This document shows, in pieces, positions 38,464 through 49,675 of a stretch of DNA of 64,000 nucleotides. The DNA lies in contig CBDCQT010000010.1 in the NCBI GenBank assembly GCA_965220745.1, positions 352,001 to 416,000 on the forward strand, written 5' to 3'. This DNA is from Alphaproteobacteria bacterium (GTDB lineage Bacteria; Pseudomonadota; Alphaproteobacteria; UBA828). The translations under genes were made by a program, and so were the position numbers. The notes under the pieces were generated by a model. The model was not told where the DNA came from and did no database searches. It saw only the letters and a list, made by a program, of their open reading frames with translations. Position 1 is the first letter of the stretch. The number at the start of each line of letters is the position of its first letter.

Positions 38464-41109
38464 CTAAGCCTCGAGCGTGCGCGCGACCTCCTCGATCTCA
38501 TAGAGCTCGATGACGTCGCCTTCACGCAGGTCGGAGTGGTTCTCGAACGACATGCCGCACTCGTAGCCTTCCTTCACCTCGCGCACGTCGTCCTTGAAGC
38601 GCCGAAGCGTCTTGAGCGCACCGTCGTGGATGACCACATCGTCGCGCAGCAGCCGCGCCTTCGCGCCCCGGCGCACGAGGCCGTTGGTCACGCGGCAACC
38701 CGCCACCTTGCCCACGCGGCCGACCTCGAACACCTGGAGGATCTGGGCGCTGCCCATCGTCCGCTCGCGCGCCTCCGGGCGCAGCATCCCTTCGAGACTG
38801 GCCCTGATCTCGTCCACCACGTCGTAGATGACGGCGTGATAGCGAAGTTCGATGGCGCAGCGCGCCGCGAGTTCCCGCGCCTGCGCGTTGGCACGCACGT
38901 TGAAGCCGACGATGGTTGCGTCCGATGCGGCGGCGAGCGTCACGTCCGATTCGGTGATGCCGCCGACGCCCGAATGCAGCACGCGAACCGCCACTTCCTC
39001 CGTGCCGAGCCTGCCGAGCGCGCCGACCAGCGCCTCGACCGAGCCCTGGACGTCGGCCTTGATGACCAGGGGAAGCTCGCTCTTGCCTTCCTTCTCTTGG
39101 ATTTCCGAGAAGAGCTGCTCCAGGTTGAGCGGCGCGCCGCGCGCGACCTCCTTCTCCCTGGCGCGCGCCTGGCGGAACTCGGAGACCTCCCGCGCACGGC
39201 GCTCGTTCTCGACCACCACCACCTCGTCGCCGGCCAGGGGCACGCCGCTGAGCCCGAGAATCTCGACCGGCACCGCCGGCCCCGCCGCCTTGGCCGCGGC
39301 GCCGTGGTCGTCGTACATCGCCCGCACCCGGCCCCACTGCGCGCCGGCGACCACGATATCGCCAACGGTAAGCGTGCCGCGCTGAACCAGCACGGTGGCC
39401 ACCGCGCCGCGCCCGCGATCAACCTTGGCCTCGATCACGATGCCCTCGGCGGCGCGGTCCGGGTTGGCGCTGAGTTCGAGCAGCTCCGCCTGCAGCAGGA
39501 TCGCCTCCTCGAGCTTGTCGAGGTTCTGCTTCTCGGTCGCCGAAATCTCGACCGCGAGCACGTCGCCGCCCATCTCCTCGGTCACGATCTCGTGCTGGAG
39601 CAGGTCCTGGCGCACCCGGTTGGGGTCGGCGTCGGGCCGGTCGATCTTGTTGATGGCGATCAGCATCGGCACGCCCGCAGCACGCGCATGATTGATCGCT
39701 TCGGCGGTCTGCGGCATGACGCCGTCGTCCGCCGCGACCACGAGAACGACGATATCGGTCACGCTTGCGCCCCGCGCTCGCATCTCGGTGAAGGCGGCGT
39801 GGCCGGGCGTGTCGATGAAGGTGATGCGGGAGCCCTTCGGCGTCTCCACCTGGTAGGCGCCGATGTGCTGGGTGATCCCGCCCGCCTCGCCGGACACCAC
39901 GTCGCTGGAACGGATGGCGTCGAGCAGCGAGGTCTTGCCGTGATCGACATGGCCCATGACCGTGACCACGGGCGAGCGGGTGATCAGGGCCTCGTCGGTA
40001 TCGTCCTCGCCCTTGAGCCCGATCTCGACGTCGGCCTCGCTGACACGCCTCACCTTGTGGCCGAACTCCTCGACCACGAGCTGAGCGGTATCGGCGTCGA
40101 TCGACTGGGTGATGGTGACGACTGTGCCCATCTCCATCAGACGCTTCACGACCTCGGCGCCGCGCACGGCCATGCGGCTCGCGAGCTCCTGCACAGTGAT
40201 GGCCTCGGGAACCACGACCTCGCGCACAACCGGCTTGAGCTCGTCCGCGCGCATCGCCTCCCGCGCAAGGCGCTTCTCGCGCTCGCGCTGACGACGCAGC
40301 GACGCGAGGCTGCGTCCGCGCTGCTCGCCGACGGTGCCGTCGAGGGCCTCGGAAAGCGTGATCTTGCCGCCGCGCCGGCGCGGCTGGTCACGCCGCGAAG
40401 GAGTGGGGGGGCGGCGCTGCTCGCCGCGGCGGCGGGGCCTGCCGCGATCCTCTTCCGCCGGAGCCTCTCCAGGTCGGGCGGGCCGCGCTGCCGGCGCGGC
40501 TTCGGGAGCCGCGGCATCTTCCGGCTTGGGTTCTTCGGGCTGTGGAAGCCGGCGCGCGGCATCCTCTTCCGCCCGCTTGCGCGCATCTTCTTCGGCCTTG
40601 CGGCGGGCGTCCTCCTCGCTCTTCCGCCGTTCGGCCTCCGCGCGCTCGGCAGCGAGACGCTCTTCATCCGCAGCGCGCCGGCGGGCCTCTTCCTCCGCCC
40701 GCTCCCGCTCCTGACGCTCGGCGCGGATCGCGTCCTCGACCGCGCGTGCGCGTGCGGCCTTCTCGTCGGTCGTCAGCGTGCGGAGGACGACGCGAGAGCG
40801 TGGCGCCGTGGAGGTCTGCTGCACCTCCTCCTGAGGCGGCGGAGGCGTTGCCTCGGCCACCGGCTCGGTCGGCGGCGGCTTGGGCGCCGGCGCTCTTGCC
40901 TTGGGCGCCGCCACACCGTCCGCAGCGGCGCCACGCTTCAGCGTTCGCTTCTTGCGAACCTCGACGGCGACGGCCCGGCTGCGGCCGTGCGAGAAGCTCT
41001 GCCGAACCTGGCCGGCATCGACCGTCTTCTTGAGCTCGAGCCGCCCCGGACGCTTCAGCGACAGGGGCTTGCGCCGCTCTTGATCACCGGCTTCGGTTTC
41101 GTCAGTCAT
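38464..41109 (-). CDS. infB: Translation initiation factor IF-2
   Basis: [29 protein letters not shown]. Confidence 0.97.
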   Translation of the reverse strand: MTDETEAGDQERRKPLSLKRPGRLELKKTVDAGQVRQSFSHGRSRAVAVEVRKKRTLKRGAAADGVAAPKARAPAPKPPPTEPVAEATPPPPQEEVQQTSTAPRSRVVLRTLTTDEKAARARAVEDAIRAERQERERAEEEARRRAADEERLAAERAEAERRKSEEDARRKAEEDARKRAEEDAARRLPQPEEPKPEDAAAPEAAPAARPARPGEAPAEEDRGRPRRRGEQRRPPTPSRRDQPRRRGGKITLSEALDGTVGEQRGRSLASLRRQREREKRLAREAMRADELKPVVREVVVPEAITVQELASRMAVRGAEVVKRLMEMGTVVTITQSIDADTAQLVVEEFGHKVRRVSEADVEIGLKGEDDTDEALITRSPVVTVMGHVDHGKTSLLDAIRSSDVVSGEAGGITQHIGAYQVETPKGSRITFIDTPGHAAFTEMRARGASVTDIVVLVVAADDGVMPQTAEAINHARAAGVPMLIAINKIDRPDADPNRVRQDLLQHEIVTEEMGGDVLAVEISATEKQNLDKLEEAILLQAELLELSANPDRAAEGIVIEAKVDRGRGAVATVLVQRGTLTVGDIVVAGAQWGRVRAMYDDHGAAAKAAGPAVPVEILGLSGVPLAGDEVVVVENERRAREVSEFRQARAREKEVARGAPLNLEQLFSEIQEKEGKSELPLVIKADVQGSVEALVGALGRLGTEEVAVRVLHSGVGGITESDVTLAAASDATIVGFNVRANAQARELAARCAIELRYHAVIYDVVDEIRASLEGMLRPEARERTMGSAQILQVFEVGRVGKVAGCRVTNGLVRRGAKARLLRDDVVIHDGALKTLRRFKDDVREVKEGYECGMSFENHSDLREGDVIELYEIEEVARTLEA

Positions 41110-41717
41110 CACGCCATGTCCCGATCGCCGGAAATTCCGCACACACCGGCAAGCCGAGCGGATTCCCGAAGGAAGCGATCGGCAAGGCGGCCAGGTGCCA
41201 GCGCGGCGTGCACTACATTCTCACGCCCCAGGCTGCGGCTCAACGCGGCGCCATCGAATTGCGCAATCACGGGAATGTCCCGCGCGAGCGCACCGAGGCG
41301 CGCCCGGCCGTGCCGCGCGCCGTCGCTCGCTTCCACGAGGACAGCCACGCGGCGCTCGATAAGCGCGCGCTGCACCTTGTCGAAGCCCGTGACCAGCGCG
41401 CCTGCGCGGCGTGCCAGCCCGAGAATATCCAGCGCCCGCGCGGTCAACTGACGCTCCACCTCGTCGATCAGATTGGGCGCGACGGCGATCGGCCGGCGCG
41501 CGGCGCGGGCGAACAGGCCACGGTCGCAGGCCTTTTCCAGCGCGGCACGCTCGGCAGAGACCCAGAGCCCCCGGCCCGGCAGCGTCTCGCCCAGGTCCGG
41601 CACCAACGCGCCAGCCGGATCGACCACGAAGCGCAGAAGCGCGTCGCGGGGTTTGCTGGCGCCACTCGCGATGCAGCGCCGGGAGCCGGCATCCGGCGAG
41701 GCCGGGCGGTCTTTCAT
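41109..41717 (-). CDS. YlxR/DUF448 RNA-binding protein with L7Ae-like domain
   Basis: [24 protein letters not shown]; located between nusA and infB. Confidence 0.85.
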   Translation of the reverse strand: MKDRPASPDAGSRRCIASGASKPRDALLRFVVDPAGALVPDLGETLPGRGLWVSAERAALEKACDRGLFARAARRPIAVAPNLIDEVERQLTARALDILGLARRAGALVTGFDKVQRALIERRVAVLVEASDGARHGRARLGALARDIPVIAQFDGAALSRSLGRENVVHAALAPGRLADRFLRESARLAGVCGISGDRDMA

Positions 41718-41731
41718 GTGTGCCGATGCGG

Positions 41732-43354
41732 TCAAACGTTCGGTCTCTCGTGCTCCTCGGCGACGGTCTCGGCGACATCGCCGGCCTCGGCCGCCTCGTC
41801 GGCTTCACCGGCCTCGCCGGCCTCCGCACCATCCATCGGCTCTTCGTCGTCGAACCAGTGGGCCCGCGCCATCATGATGACGGCATTGGCCTCCTCGATC
41901 GACGGTGCCAGGTCGCCCAGTATCTCTATGAGCTCGTCGCCGGCGAGATCGCCGAGATCGTCGAGCGTCTTGACCTCGTTCTCGCCAAGGGCGACGAGAA
42001 TTGCCGGGTCCAGGCCGTCGATGGCCGCGACCTCGTCGCTGACGCCAAGCTCGATTCGGCGCTCGTTGAGCTCCTTGTTCATCGCTTCGACGTAGGCCGC
42101 AGCGCGGCTCGAAAGCTCGGCCGCCAGCTCCTCCTCGAAGCCCTCGATCATGGCCAGCTCCTCGATCGGGACGTAGGCCACCTCGTCCACGGTGGAGAAC
42201 CCCTCCGTCACGAGCAGATGGGCGATCACGTCGTCGACGTCGAGGGCTTCCATGAACATCTCGGAGCGCGTGCGAAACTCCTCCTGGCGGCGTTCCGATT
42301 CCTCGGCCTCGGTCAGAATGTCGATGTCCCAGCCCGTGAGGTTGGATGCAAGCCGCACGTTCTGCCCGCGCCGGCCGATGGCGAGCGACAACTGCTCGTC
42401 CGGCACCACCACCTCGATGCGCTTCGCCTCTTCGTCGAGCACCACCTTGGTGACCTCGGCCGGCGCCAGCGCGTTGACGATGAAGGCGGCGGGATCGGGC
42501 GACCACTGGATGATGTCGATCTTCTCGCCCTGAAGCTCGCCGACCACGGCCTGCACGCGGGAGCCGCGCATGCCGACGCAGGCGCCGACGGGATCGATGC
42601 TGCTGTCGTTGGAGTGCACGGCGATCTTCGCGCGGCTGCCGGGGTCGCGCGCCACGGCATCGATCTCGATGATGCCGTCGTAGATTTCCGGCACCTCCTG
42701 GGCGAAGAGCTTGGCCATGAAGTTCGGGTGGGTGCGGGACATGAAGATCTGCGGCCCGCGCGGCTCACGGCGGACGTCGTAGATGTAGGCGCGTACCCGG
42801 TCGCCGTTGCGGAAGGATTCGCGCGGCAGCAGGTCCTCCCGGCGGATCACGGCTTCGGCCCGCCCGAGGTCGACGGTGAGCCCGCCGTACTCGGTGCGCT
42901 TGACGAGGCCGTTGGCGATCTCCTGCACGCGGTCCTTGTATTCCTCGTACTGACGCGCGCGCTCGGCCTCGCGCACCTTCTGGACGATCACCTGCTTCGC
43001 CGTCTGCGCCGCGATGCGGCCGAAGTCGATGGGCGGCAGCGGGTCCGCCAGGTAGTCGCCCACCTGCGCGGCCGGGTTGCGCTCCTGCGCCTCGCTCAGT
43101 GCAATCTGGGTGGCCTCGTTCTCGATCTCCTCGGCCACTTCGAGATAGCGCATCAGCTTGATTTCGCCGGTATCGCGGTCGATGTCGGTGCGGATGTCGT
43201 GCTCCTGGCCGTACTTCCGCTTTCCGGCGTGGGTGATGGCCTGCTCCATGGCCTCCAGCACGAGCTCGCGCTCGATGCCCTTCTCCCTGGCCACGGCATC
43301 CGCCACCTGGAGAAGCTCGAGACGGGCGAGGCCCGCAGTGTCGCCGTCCGCCAT
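41732..43354 (-). CDS. nusA: Transcription termination factor NusA
   Basis: [47 protein letters not shown]. Confidence 0.97.
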   Translation of the reverse strand: MADGDTAGLARLELLQVADAVAREKGIERELVLEAMEQAITHAGKRKYGQEHDIRTDIDRDTGEIKLMRYLEVAEEIENEATQIALSEAQERNPAAQVGDYLADPLPPIDFGRIAAQTAKQVIVQKVREAERARQYEEYKDRVQEIANGLVKRTEYGGLTVDLGRAEAVIRREDLLPRESFRNGDRVRAYIYDVRREPRGPQIFMSRTHPNFMAKLFAQEVPEIYDGIIEIDAVARDPGSRAKIAVHSNDSSIDPVGACVGMRGSRVQAVVGELQGEKIDIIQWSPDPAAFIVNALAPAEVTKVVLDEEAKRIEVVVPDEQLSLAIGRRGQNVRLASNLTGWDIDILTEAEESERRQEEFRTRSEMFMEALDVDDVIAHLLVTEGFSTVDEVAYVPIEELAMIEGFEEELAAELSSRAAAYVEAMNKELNERRIELGVSDEVAAIDGLDPAILVALGENEVKTLDDLGDLAGDELIEILGDLAPSIEEANAVIMMARAHWFDDEEPMDGAEAGEAGEADEAAEAGDVAETVAEEHERPNV

Positions 43355-43863
43355 CACACCCGCTCCGCCGCTTGGCTGGCCGCGATCAACTCGTCGGTCA
43401 ACACGAGCTTGGCCGCGCGAATCCCGTCGAATGGCAGCGAGACGTTCTGATCGTCCACGGTCATGCGAACGCACCCATCGCCGGCGCCCTGCAGCCGGCC
43501 GCGAAAGCGCCGTCGGCCCTCCAGCGGCTCGCTCATCTCCACCTTGGCCTCGAATCCGGCGAAGCGGGCGAAGTCGGCGAGCCGCACCAGCGGCCGGTCG
43601 ATGCCCGGCGAGCTCACCTCCAGCGCATAGTCGGCCGCCGGCAGGTTGTCGTTTTCGAATTGCGCGGAGAGGGCGCGGCTTGCCGCGGCGCAGTCGTCCA
43701 CGGTCAGCGGCACGCGGTCGGTCCGCTCGATCATCACCTGGAGCACCGTCTGCCTGCCCCCGCCGAGGCGGATTCGAACGACCTCATAGCCCATCGCCGC
43801 CAGCACCGGTGCAATCGCATGTTCGATCTGCCGTTCCGAGTCCACGTCTCGCGTCTTCGTCAT
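43354..43863 (-). CDS. rimP: Ribosome maturation factor RimP
   Basis: TVDDCA, YALEVSSPGIDRPL, GRRRFRG. Confidence 0.95.
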   Translation of the reverse strand: MTKTRDVDSERQIEHAIAPVLAAMGYEVVRIRLGGGRQTVLQVMIERTDRVPLTVDDCAAASRALSAQFENDNLPAADYALEVSSPGIDRPLVRLADFARFAGFEAKVEMSEPLEGRRRFRGRLQGAGDGCVRMTVDDQNVSLPFDGIRAAKLVLTDELIAASQAAERV

Positions 43864-43875
43864 ACCGCAGAACAG

Positions 43876-43902
43876 AAAAAAGGCGGGCCACCACTGCCCA
43901 CC
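43876..43902 (-). promoter_or_regulatory. rimP-leader terminator/attenuator hairpin
   Basis: GGTGGGC-agtggtg-GCCCGCC-TTTTTT just upstream of rimP, matching the known GGGC...GCCC rimP-leader pattern. Confidence 0.65.
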
Positions 43903-44055
43903 ACAATCACTCAAACCCTGGGCACGCTCTTTGCCGCGCTCCTCACACCCCCGAAGAGCGCAGCGCCGCTAACCTATCGCGCTTTGTGGATTCTCTTCAA
44001 GGTGTTTCTCCCTGCCGCGCCCTCATCAACGCCTGCGAATTGCGGTAAGCCGCCG

Positions 44056-44754
44056 TCAGCGCGGGACGCGGACGTAGCGGAGGAAGACAGGTGCCCGACC
44101 TTGGGTGCGGGCCTTCTGCTCATAGCGGGTCTCCGGCCAGTCGGCCGGCCTCTGTGGCCAATCGCCGGAAATTCTATCTGACAGAGCAAACACCTCGTTC
44201 CGGGCGACATGCTCCAGCGTCCACGCCACGTAGCCGCCATCGTCGGAGGCCCAGCGGAACTCGGCGCCGTCCTTCAGGATGCGCGCAAAGCCCGCGAGGG
44301 TCTCGGCATCGATCAGGCGCCGCTTGTGGTGACGCTTCTTGGGCCAGGGGTCGGAAAACAGCACAAACAGCCGGCCGATGCAGGCGTCGGGCAGGCGATC
44401 GAGCAGGAGCCGCGCGTCGTCGGGGAAGATGCGGACCCGATCGGCCGTGCCGTCCGCCTCCAGATGGCGCAGCAGGCCGGCGACGCCCTGGACGAAGGGC
44501 TCGCAGCCGATCAAGCCCACGGCCGGATTGGCGCGGATCTGATGGGCGAGATGCTCGCCGGCGCCGAAGCCGATCTCGAGCCAAAGGTCTCGGACCGGCG
44601 ACGGAAACAGCTTGCTTAGGTCGATCTGAGCCCGCGAGTCCTCGGGAAGGTCGATCCTGAGCGCCGGCAGGGCACGCTCAAGCAGTGCCTGACGGCCGGG
44701 GCGAAGACGGTGGCTTAGCCTCCGCCCGTAGACACGGCGGCGGCGCTCTTCCAT
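44056..44754 (-). CDS. trmB: tRNA (guanine-N7)-methyltransferase
   Basis: LEIGFGAGEH, GCEPF, DPWPKKRHHKRR, TRYEQKA. Confidence 0.95.
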   Translation of the reverse strand: MEERRRRVYGRRLSHRLRPGRQALLERALPALRIDLPEDSRAQIDLSKLFPSPVRDLWLEIGFGAGEHLAHQIRANPAVGLIGCEPFVQGVAGLLRHLEADGTADRVRIFPDDARLLLDRLPDACIGRLFVLFSDPWPKKRHHKRRLIDAETLAGFARILKDGAEFRWASDDGGYVAWTLEHVARNEVFALSDRISGDWPQRPADWPETRYEQKARTQGRAPVFLRYVRVPR

Positions 44755-44788
44755 CGCACGGCAAGACGGGCGCCGGCCGGCCGTGCCC

Positions 44789-45958
44789 TCATCCGACGGC
44801 GGTGAGAAGCGGGTCGACGAGGTCCGTCCGTTCCCATGAGAAGCCGCCGTCGGCCTCTGGGTCGCGGCCGAAATGACCGTAGGCCGCGGTGCGCTCGAAG
44901 ATCGGGCGGGCGAGGTCGAGATGCTCGCCGATTCCCCGCGGCGAGAGGTCCATCACCGAGTTGAGCGCCTCGGCAAGCCTGGCTTCGTCAATCTGGCCGG
45001 TGCCGTGGGTATCGACGTAGACCGCGAGCGGGTGGGCGACGCCGATCGCATAGGCGAGCTGGATCGTGCAGCGCGACGCGAGGTTGGCAGCGACGACGTT
45101 CTTCGCGAGATAGCGCGCCGCATAGGCTGCGGAGCGGTCGACCTTGCTCGGGTCCTTGCCCGAGAAGGCGCCGCCGCCGTGGGGCGCTGCGCCGCCGTAG
45201 GTGTCCACGATAATCTTGCGCCCGGTCACGCCGGCATCGCCGTCCGGCCCGCCGATCACGAAACGGCCGGTCGGATTGACGTAGAACCACTCCTCGTCGC
45301 ACATCCACCCGTCGGGCAGCGCGTCCACGACGTAGGGGCGCACGATCTCGCGCACGTCGTCCTGCGAAAGCTCGGCGGCATGCTGGGTCGAGACGACGAC
45401 GGAGGTAGCGCCCACCGGAACGCCGTCCTCGTAGCGCAGCGTCACCTGGCTCTTGGAATCGGGCCCGAGGCCGGGTGCGTCGCCGCCGTGCCGGGCGCGG
45501 GCCAGCGCGGCCAGGATCGCGTGGGCATAGTGGAGCGGTGCCGGCATGAGCGCGTCGGTCTCGCGGCAGGCGTAGCCGAACATGATGCCCTGATCGCCCG
45601 CGCCCTGGTCCTTGTTGCCGGCCTGGTCTACGCCGAGGGCGATGTCGGCCGACTGGGCGTGAACATGGACCTCCACGGCGGCCTTGGCCCAGTGGAAGCC
45701 CTCTTGCTCGTAGCCGATCTCGCGGACGCAGGTCCGCGCGATGGACTCCAGGGCCTCGGCGGTGATCGAGTCGGGGCCGCGCACCTCGCCGGCGAGCACC
45801 ATCCGGTTGGTCGTGACCAGCGTCTCGCAGGCCACCCGTGCGTTGGAATCGACCGCCAGGTACGCATCGACCACGGCATCGGAGATGCGGTCGCACACCT
45901 TGTCCGGATGCCCCTCGGACACCGATTCGCTAGTAAACAGGTAGTCTCCTCGCCCCAC
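44789..45958 (-). CDS. metK: S-adenosylmethionine synthetase
   Basis: [35 protein letters not shown]; GTG start inferred. Confidence 0.97.
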   Translation of the reverse strand: MGRGDYLFTSESVSEGHPDKVCDRISDAVVDAYLAVDSNARVACETLVTTNRMVLAGEVRGPDSITAEALESIARTCVREIGYEQEGFHWAKAAVEVHVHAQSADIALGVDQAGNKDQGAGDQGIMFGYACRETDALMPAPLHYAHAILAALARARHGGDAPGLGPDSKSQVTLRYEDGVPVGATSVVVSTQHAAELSQDDVREIVRPYVVDALPDGWMCDEEWFYVNPTGRFVIGGPDGDAGVTGRKIIVDTYGGAAPHGGGAFSGKDPSKVDRSAAYAARYLAKNVVAANLASRCTIQLAYAIGVAHPLAVYVDTHGTGQIDEARLAEALNSVMDLSPRGIGEHLDLARPIFERTAAYGHFGRDPEADGGFSWERTDLVDPLLTAVG

Positions 45959-46117
45959 GGCTCCCCCCGACGATGATGATGTTTCGGAGACAGGCGGCAT
46001 CCGGCCGCGCCGTGCGGCGGTTTTCGCAGCGAACTCCGGGGCGGTCAAGCGCTGCCGAGATGTCATGTACACCATGAGCGTGGTAAGACATGCGCCCGAC
46101 CGACAGGGAGAGAGCGA

Positions 46118-46903
46118 ATGCTTGCCGATATCCGTGGCGTCTCAATCAACTACGAGATTTCGGGGAACGAGAGCGGACCCTGGCTGACCTTCTCCAACTC
46201 GCTGGCCACGAACCTGCACATGTGGGACGAGCAGGAGGTCGCGCTCGCCGACGACTTCCATATCCTGCGCTATGACAAGCGCGGGCACGGCAAGTCCGCG
46301 CTGGTGGAGGGACCGTACACGTTCGACGACTTGGTGGGCGATGTCGTGGGCCTCTGGGACCACCTGGGCATCTCGAAGAGCCATTTCGTGGGTCTCTCGA
46401 TCGGGGGGATGACGGTGCAGGAGCTCCTGCTCAGCCATGCCGACCGGGTCACGGCCACGGTCATGGCGAACACGTCTGCGCACAGCGGCGAGGCGTTCAT
46501 CGCGGCCTTCGATCAGCGCGTGGCCGCGGTCGCCGATGGGGGCATGGAGGCGGTCGTCGAGTCGACCATCGAGCGCTGGTTCTCCGAGGGCTACCGGGCA
46601 AGCGGCGCTGCGCGCATCGACGATGTGCGGCACATGATCCGCACGACCTCGGTCGCGGGATACACGGGCTGCGCGCGCGCCATCCAATCGCTCGCGAATC
46701 TCGACCGGCTGGGCTCGATCGATCATCCCGTCCTGCTGATCGCCGGCTCGCAGGACCCCGGCACGCCGCCGGCCGGCATGCGCCTGATGCACGAGCGGAT
46801 CGGCGGCTCTCAATATCTGGAACTCGACGCCGCTCACCTCTCGAACATCGAGCGGGCGCCAGCGTTCACGGCCGCCCTGAAGTCGTTTCTCTCGGCGTAC
46901 TAG
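46118..46903 (+). CDS. pcaD: 3-oxoadipate enol-lactonase-like alpha/beta hydrolase
   Basis: [32 protein letters not shown]. Confidence 0.8.
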   Translation: MLADIRGVSINYEISGNESGPWLTFSNSLATNLHMWDEQEVALADDFHILRYDKRGHGKSALVEGPYTFDDLVGDVVGLWDHLGISKSHFVGLSIGGMTVQELLLSHADRVTATVMANTSAHSGEAFIAAFDQRVAAVADGGMEAVVESTIERWFSEGYRASGAARIDDVRHMIRTTSVAGYTGCARAIQSLANLDRLGSIDHPVLLIAGSQDPGTPPAGMRLMHERIGGSQYLELDAAHLSNIERAPAFTAALKSFLSAY

Positions 46904-46923
46904 CCCACGATCCGACGACACCC

Positions 46924-46985
46924 ACGTCTCCCTCCGCCCTCCCGGGCTGCACAGCAGCCCGGACGGCGCGACCGCGCCGCGCGCG
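46924..46985 (+). repeat. Repeat family A, partial copy 1, with a family B arm prefix
   Basis: ACGTCTCCCTCCGCCCT followed by CCGGGCTGCACAGCAGCCCGGACGGCGCGACCGCGCCGCGCGCG. Confidence 0.75.
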
Positions 46986-47017
46986 GCATCAGACGAAGCG
47001 TCTACCATCGACGGGAA

Positions 47018-47126
47018 CCGGGCTGCACAGCAGCCCGGACGGCGCGACTGCGCCGCGCGCGTAGCGCGTAGGCAAGCGAGTGGAGCGAGCGCCCGCCGTT
47101 GAGGGAAATGGAATAAGTTCGCGCCC
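47018..47126 (+). repeat. Repeat family A (about 105-bp multi-hairpin element), copy 2
   Basis: Near-identical to 49746-49854 and to the reverse complement of 52502-52593. Confidence 0.85.
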
Positions 47127-47131
47127 GCGCC

Positions 47132-47926
47132 TCACTCCGGCCCGAGGGACAGGATCGATGTGGGGCTGGTGCGATATACGCGCGGAGCAATTTCCGTCCA
47201 GGATTCATAGCGATGATCCGGGCTCAAGTGGGATTCGCCGGGATTGACCGGGACTGCGGGGAACTCTGCGGGATTCCACGGGTCCACCGGTACCGACGTG
47301 ACGGTGCGGGGAGCAGGCGGCGGGGGCCTGCCCTCCACCTCCGCACGGATGATGGCGACCGCCTCCGGCGAGAGCCCGCCCTGGCCCTTGGGCTGATCAG
47401 CGCGTGCCGCCTTCTTTGCCGCCCGCTCCCGGTCTTTGCGGAGCTTGTCGGTGCCTTCGATGCGCTTGAGGGTGAGGGCGAGGCGGGCGAGCTCCTCCGT
47501 CGACACGGGCTCTTCCCGCGCGCTGAGACGAGCCATGGTGGCGAGCGCCATGGTCCGCAGGGTCTCGATCAGGATGAGTCCCGCCTGACCTTCCGGCCGC
47601 TCGCCCAGCGCATCCACCCACGCCTTGATGGTGCGGTCGGTCTCCTGCTGCTGGCGGATCATGTCGCGCATGTTCTTGGTGTAGCGGCCGACGGCCGAGC
47701 GCGAGCATGTCTCGCCTTCGGCGCGGATGCGGGCTGTGATCTCGTCGATGGTGGCGCCGTCCGCGATGGCCGCGTCCACGGCCTCGCGCAGCTTGGCCGG
47801 CAGGCGCTTGATGGAGGAGCGGCCGAACGTCCCGGCCGTTGTGCTCTTGGGGGTGCTCTCGGGGGATTTCCGGGGAGTTTCATTCTGCATGGCGTGGCTG
47901 TGCTCGCGGGATGGTTTCTGGCTCAT
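47132..47926 (-). CDS. Orphan DUF3486 / phage Mu gp27-like protein with a low-complexity tail
   Basis: GRSSIKRLP.KLRE, TIDEI, SRSAVGRY, GLSPEAVAIIR typical of DUF3486; start may be 47926 or 47890. Confidence 0.7.
   Translation of the reverse strand: MSQKPSREHSHAMQNETPRKSPESTPKSTTAGTFGRSSIKRLPAKLREAVDAAIADGATIDEITARIRAEGETCSRSAVGRYTKNMRDMIRQQQETDRTIKAWVDALGERPEGQAGLILIETLRTMALATMARLSAREEPVSTEELARLALTLKRIEGTDKLRKDRERAAKKAARADQPKGQGGLSPEAVAIIRAEVEGRPPPPAPRTVTSVPVDPWNPAEFPAVPVNPGESHLSPDHRYESWTEIAPRVYRTSPTSILSLGPE
47220..47289. repeat. Seven-unit 10-bp-phased array inside the 3' end of the DUF3486 gene
   Basis: GGGCTCAAGT GGGATTCGCC GGGATTGACC GGGACTGCGG GGAACTCTGC GGGATTCCAC GGGTCCACCG. Confidence 0.65.
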
Positions 47927-48020
47927 CCAGCGATGCTGCCCCGCGCCGCCCACACTGTGCATCGCACCATGGTCCGGGGCACGCTACGGGGTCCGAGCCC
48001 CGCGCGGCCACTCCCATACT

Positions 48021-48040
48021 CGTCATGCCCGGACTTGATC
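48021..48040 (+). repeat. CGTC-type REP palindrome, left copy, split by IS4 (continues at 49309-49318)
   Basis: Removing the IS and one TSD restores CGTCATGCCCGGACTTGATCCGGGCATCCA. Confidence 0.85.
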
Positions 48041-49299
48041 CATTGCTGTCCGGTTTAGATTTTGGCGAAGGGGATTTGGAGTTGGTCATGGGTTTGTGGC
48101 TCATCGGGCGGCGGTTCGAAGAGGTCGGTGAGCGCCCGGCGCTGGAAGGTCGTCTTGGCGACGAGGCGGGCGATGGCCTGGAGGCCGAGCCGGGTTCCGG
48201 TTCCGATCTGCGCCAGCCGCAGCAGCAGGTAGGCGATCAGCGCGGTGACGATCTGGATGCGCACGGCATTCTCGCTGGTGCCGAGGAAGTGCCGGATCTT
48301 CAGGTTCTGCTTGATCCACTTGAAGAACAGCTCGACCTGCCAGCGCCGCTTGTAGAGCGCCGCGATCTCTTCGGCTGGGGCATTGAGGTCGTTGCTGACC
48401 AGCATGATCTCCCTGCCGCTGTCGATGCGCACGGTGACCAGACGCACCGGCTTGTCGAAGGGGTTCTGGCGGCTCGCCGCCAGGCGCTTCGACAGCAAGG
48501 CGACGCGGTCGGCCACGACCGGGCCGTCCGGCTTGACCGGGCGGGTCTCGATCAGGCTTGTGGGCGAGTTCTTCTTCAGCCGGGTGACGAAGCGGCTCCC
48601 CTTGGCGTCGATGTCTGCCCAGAAGGCGAAGTCGTAATAGCCCTTGTCGAAGACGTAAGTCGCGCCGGGCTCGATGGGGAGGCGCTTGGCCGGCGTGATG
48701 TCGTTGACCCTGGCCGAGGTCACGGCAAAGCAAACGGGCGCATCTGCGTCCGGGTCGTAGACCACGTGCAGCTTGACGGCACCGTCGACCTCCCAGCTCT
48801 CGATCCGCTTGCCAACCAGGACCCGGGTCGCATCGACGAGGCGCAGCATCTCCCGCCCGCGCTGGCCCGCAGATGCGCCCAGCCGGGCGACCAGGGCCTC
48901 GAGTACGTCCTCGAACAGGGCCGCCGGACGTACCCGGTTGGCATCCGCGAGCGTAGACCGCCGCACCGGCGCCAGACCCAGATGGGCATGGACGCCCGGA
49001 AAGCGTTCCAGCGCACCGACCGCCTCGCGCAACGAGCGCGAGCCCGACAGCTGGGCGAACACCATCGCCTGGAACTGGCTCCACGACGAAAGGCGCCGGA
49101 CCCGGTAGTCCGCTCCGTGGCGCTCTGCCAGCTTGTCGAAGCGCCAGCGCGGAAACGCCTTCATCAGTCCGCCGAAAATCGTATCCTGGTAGGGCATGGC
49201 TTGGGCTCCATTGCGAGCTTCGATTCAACAGGTCTTGCAAAAACCAAGTTGAATCCAAGCCATGCACCTTGTCTACCCAAGCTAAACCGGACAGCAATG
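48041..49299 (-). mobile_element. Complete IS4-family insertion sequence (1259 bp)
   Basis: Perfect 18-bp terminal IRs CATTGCTGTCCGGTTTAG; 9-bp TSD GACTTGATC at 48032-48040 and 49300-49308. Confidence 0.92.
48055..49197 (-). CDS. IS4-family DDE transposase
   Basis: DUF4372-like N-terminus (QLSGSRSLRE, RSTLADAN), VDAT, FDKGY, YREK motif YKRRWQVELFFKWIKQ. Confidence 0.95.
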   Translation of the reverse strand: MPYQDTIFGGLMKAFPRWRFDKLAERHGADYRVRRLSSWSQFQAMVFAQLSGSRSLREAVGALERFPGVHAHLGLAPVRRSTLADANRVRPAALFEDVLEALVARLGASAGQRGREMLRLVDATRVLVGKRIESWEVDGAVKLHVVYDPDADAPVCFAVTSARVNDITPAKRLPIEPGATYVFDKGYYDFAFWADIDAKGSRFVTRLKKNSPTSLIETRPVKPDGPVVADRVALLSKRLAASRQNPFDKPVRLVTVRIDSGREIMLVSNDLNAPAEEIAALYKRRWQVELFFKWIKQNLKIRHFLGTSENAVRIQIVTALIAYLLLRLAQIGTGTRLGLQAIARLVAKTTFQRRALTDLFEPPPDEPQTHDQLQIPFAKI

Positions 49300-49337
49300 G
49301 ACTTGATCCGGGCATCCACGGCTTGCAGCATGGGGGC

Positions 49338-49631
49338 ATGAGAAAGGGCGGGGGCTGGGTCTACATCATGACCAACCGACCCAACGGCACGCTCTATCTC
49401 GGTGTGACCAGCGACATTGCACGCAGGGCATGGGAACACCGCGAAGGCTTGGTTGAAGGGTTCACGAAGCGGTACGGCCTGACGCGGCTCGTCTACGCGG
49501 AGCGCCACGACGAAATCGCCGCAGCCATCCAGCGGGAACGGACCATGAAGCACTGGTCGCGCGCCTGGAAGGTCGATCTCATCGTCGCGCAGAACCCCGA
49601 TTGGGACGACCTCTACGAAACCCTGCCGTAA
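49338..49631 (+). CDS. Small GIY-YIG nuclease (YhbQ/UPF0213-like)
   Basis: WVYIMTNRPNGTLYLGVTSD..RR..EH, FTKRYG..RLVY.E, AI.RE..MKHW.R.WK..LI...NPDW.DL. Confidence 0.9.
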   Translation: MRKGGGWVYIMTNRPNGTLYLGVTSDIARRAWEHREGLVEGFTKRYGLTRLVYAERHDEIAAAIQRERTMKHWSRAWKVDLIVAQNPDWDDLYETLP

Positions 49632-49645
49632 TCTCGCTGAAAACA

Positions 49646-49675
49646 TGGATGCCCGGATCAAGTCCGGGCATGACG
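49646..49675 (-). repeat. CGTC-type REP palindrome, right copy (inverted)
   Basis: Exact reverse complement of the reconstructed 30-bp left copy. Confidence 0.9.

Noticed and set aside
38047-41451. 1134-aa ORF on the + strand
   Set aside because: Antisense shadow of rbfA-infB
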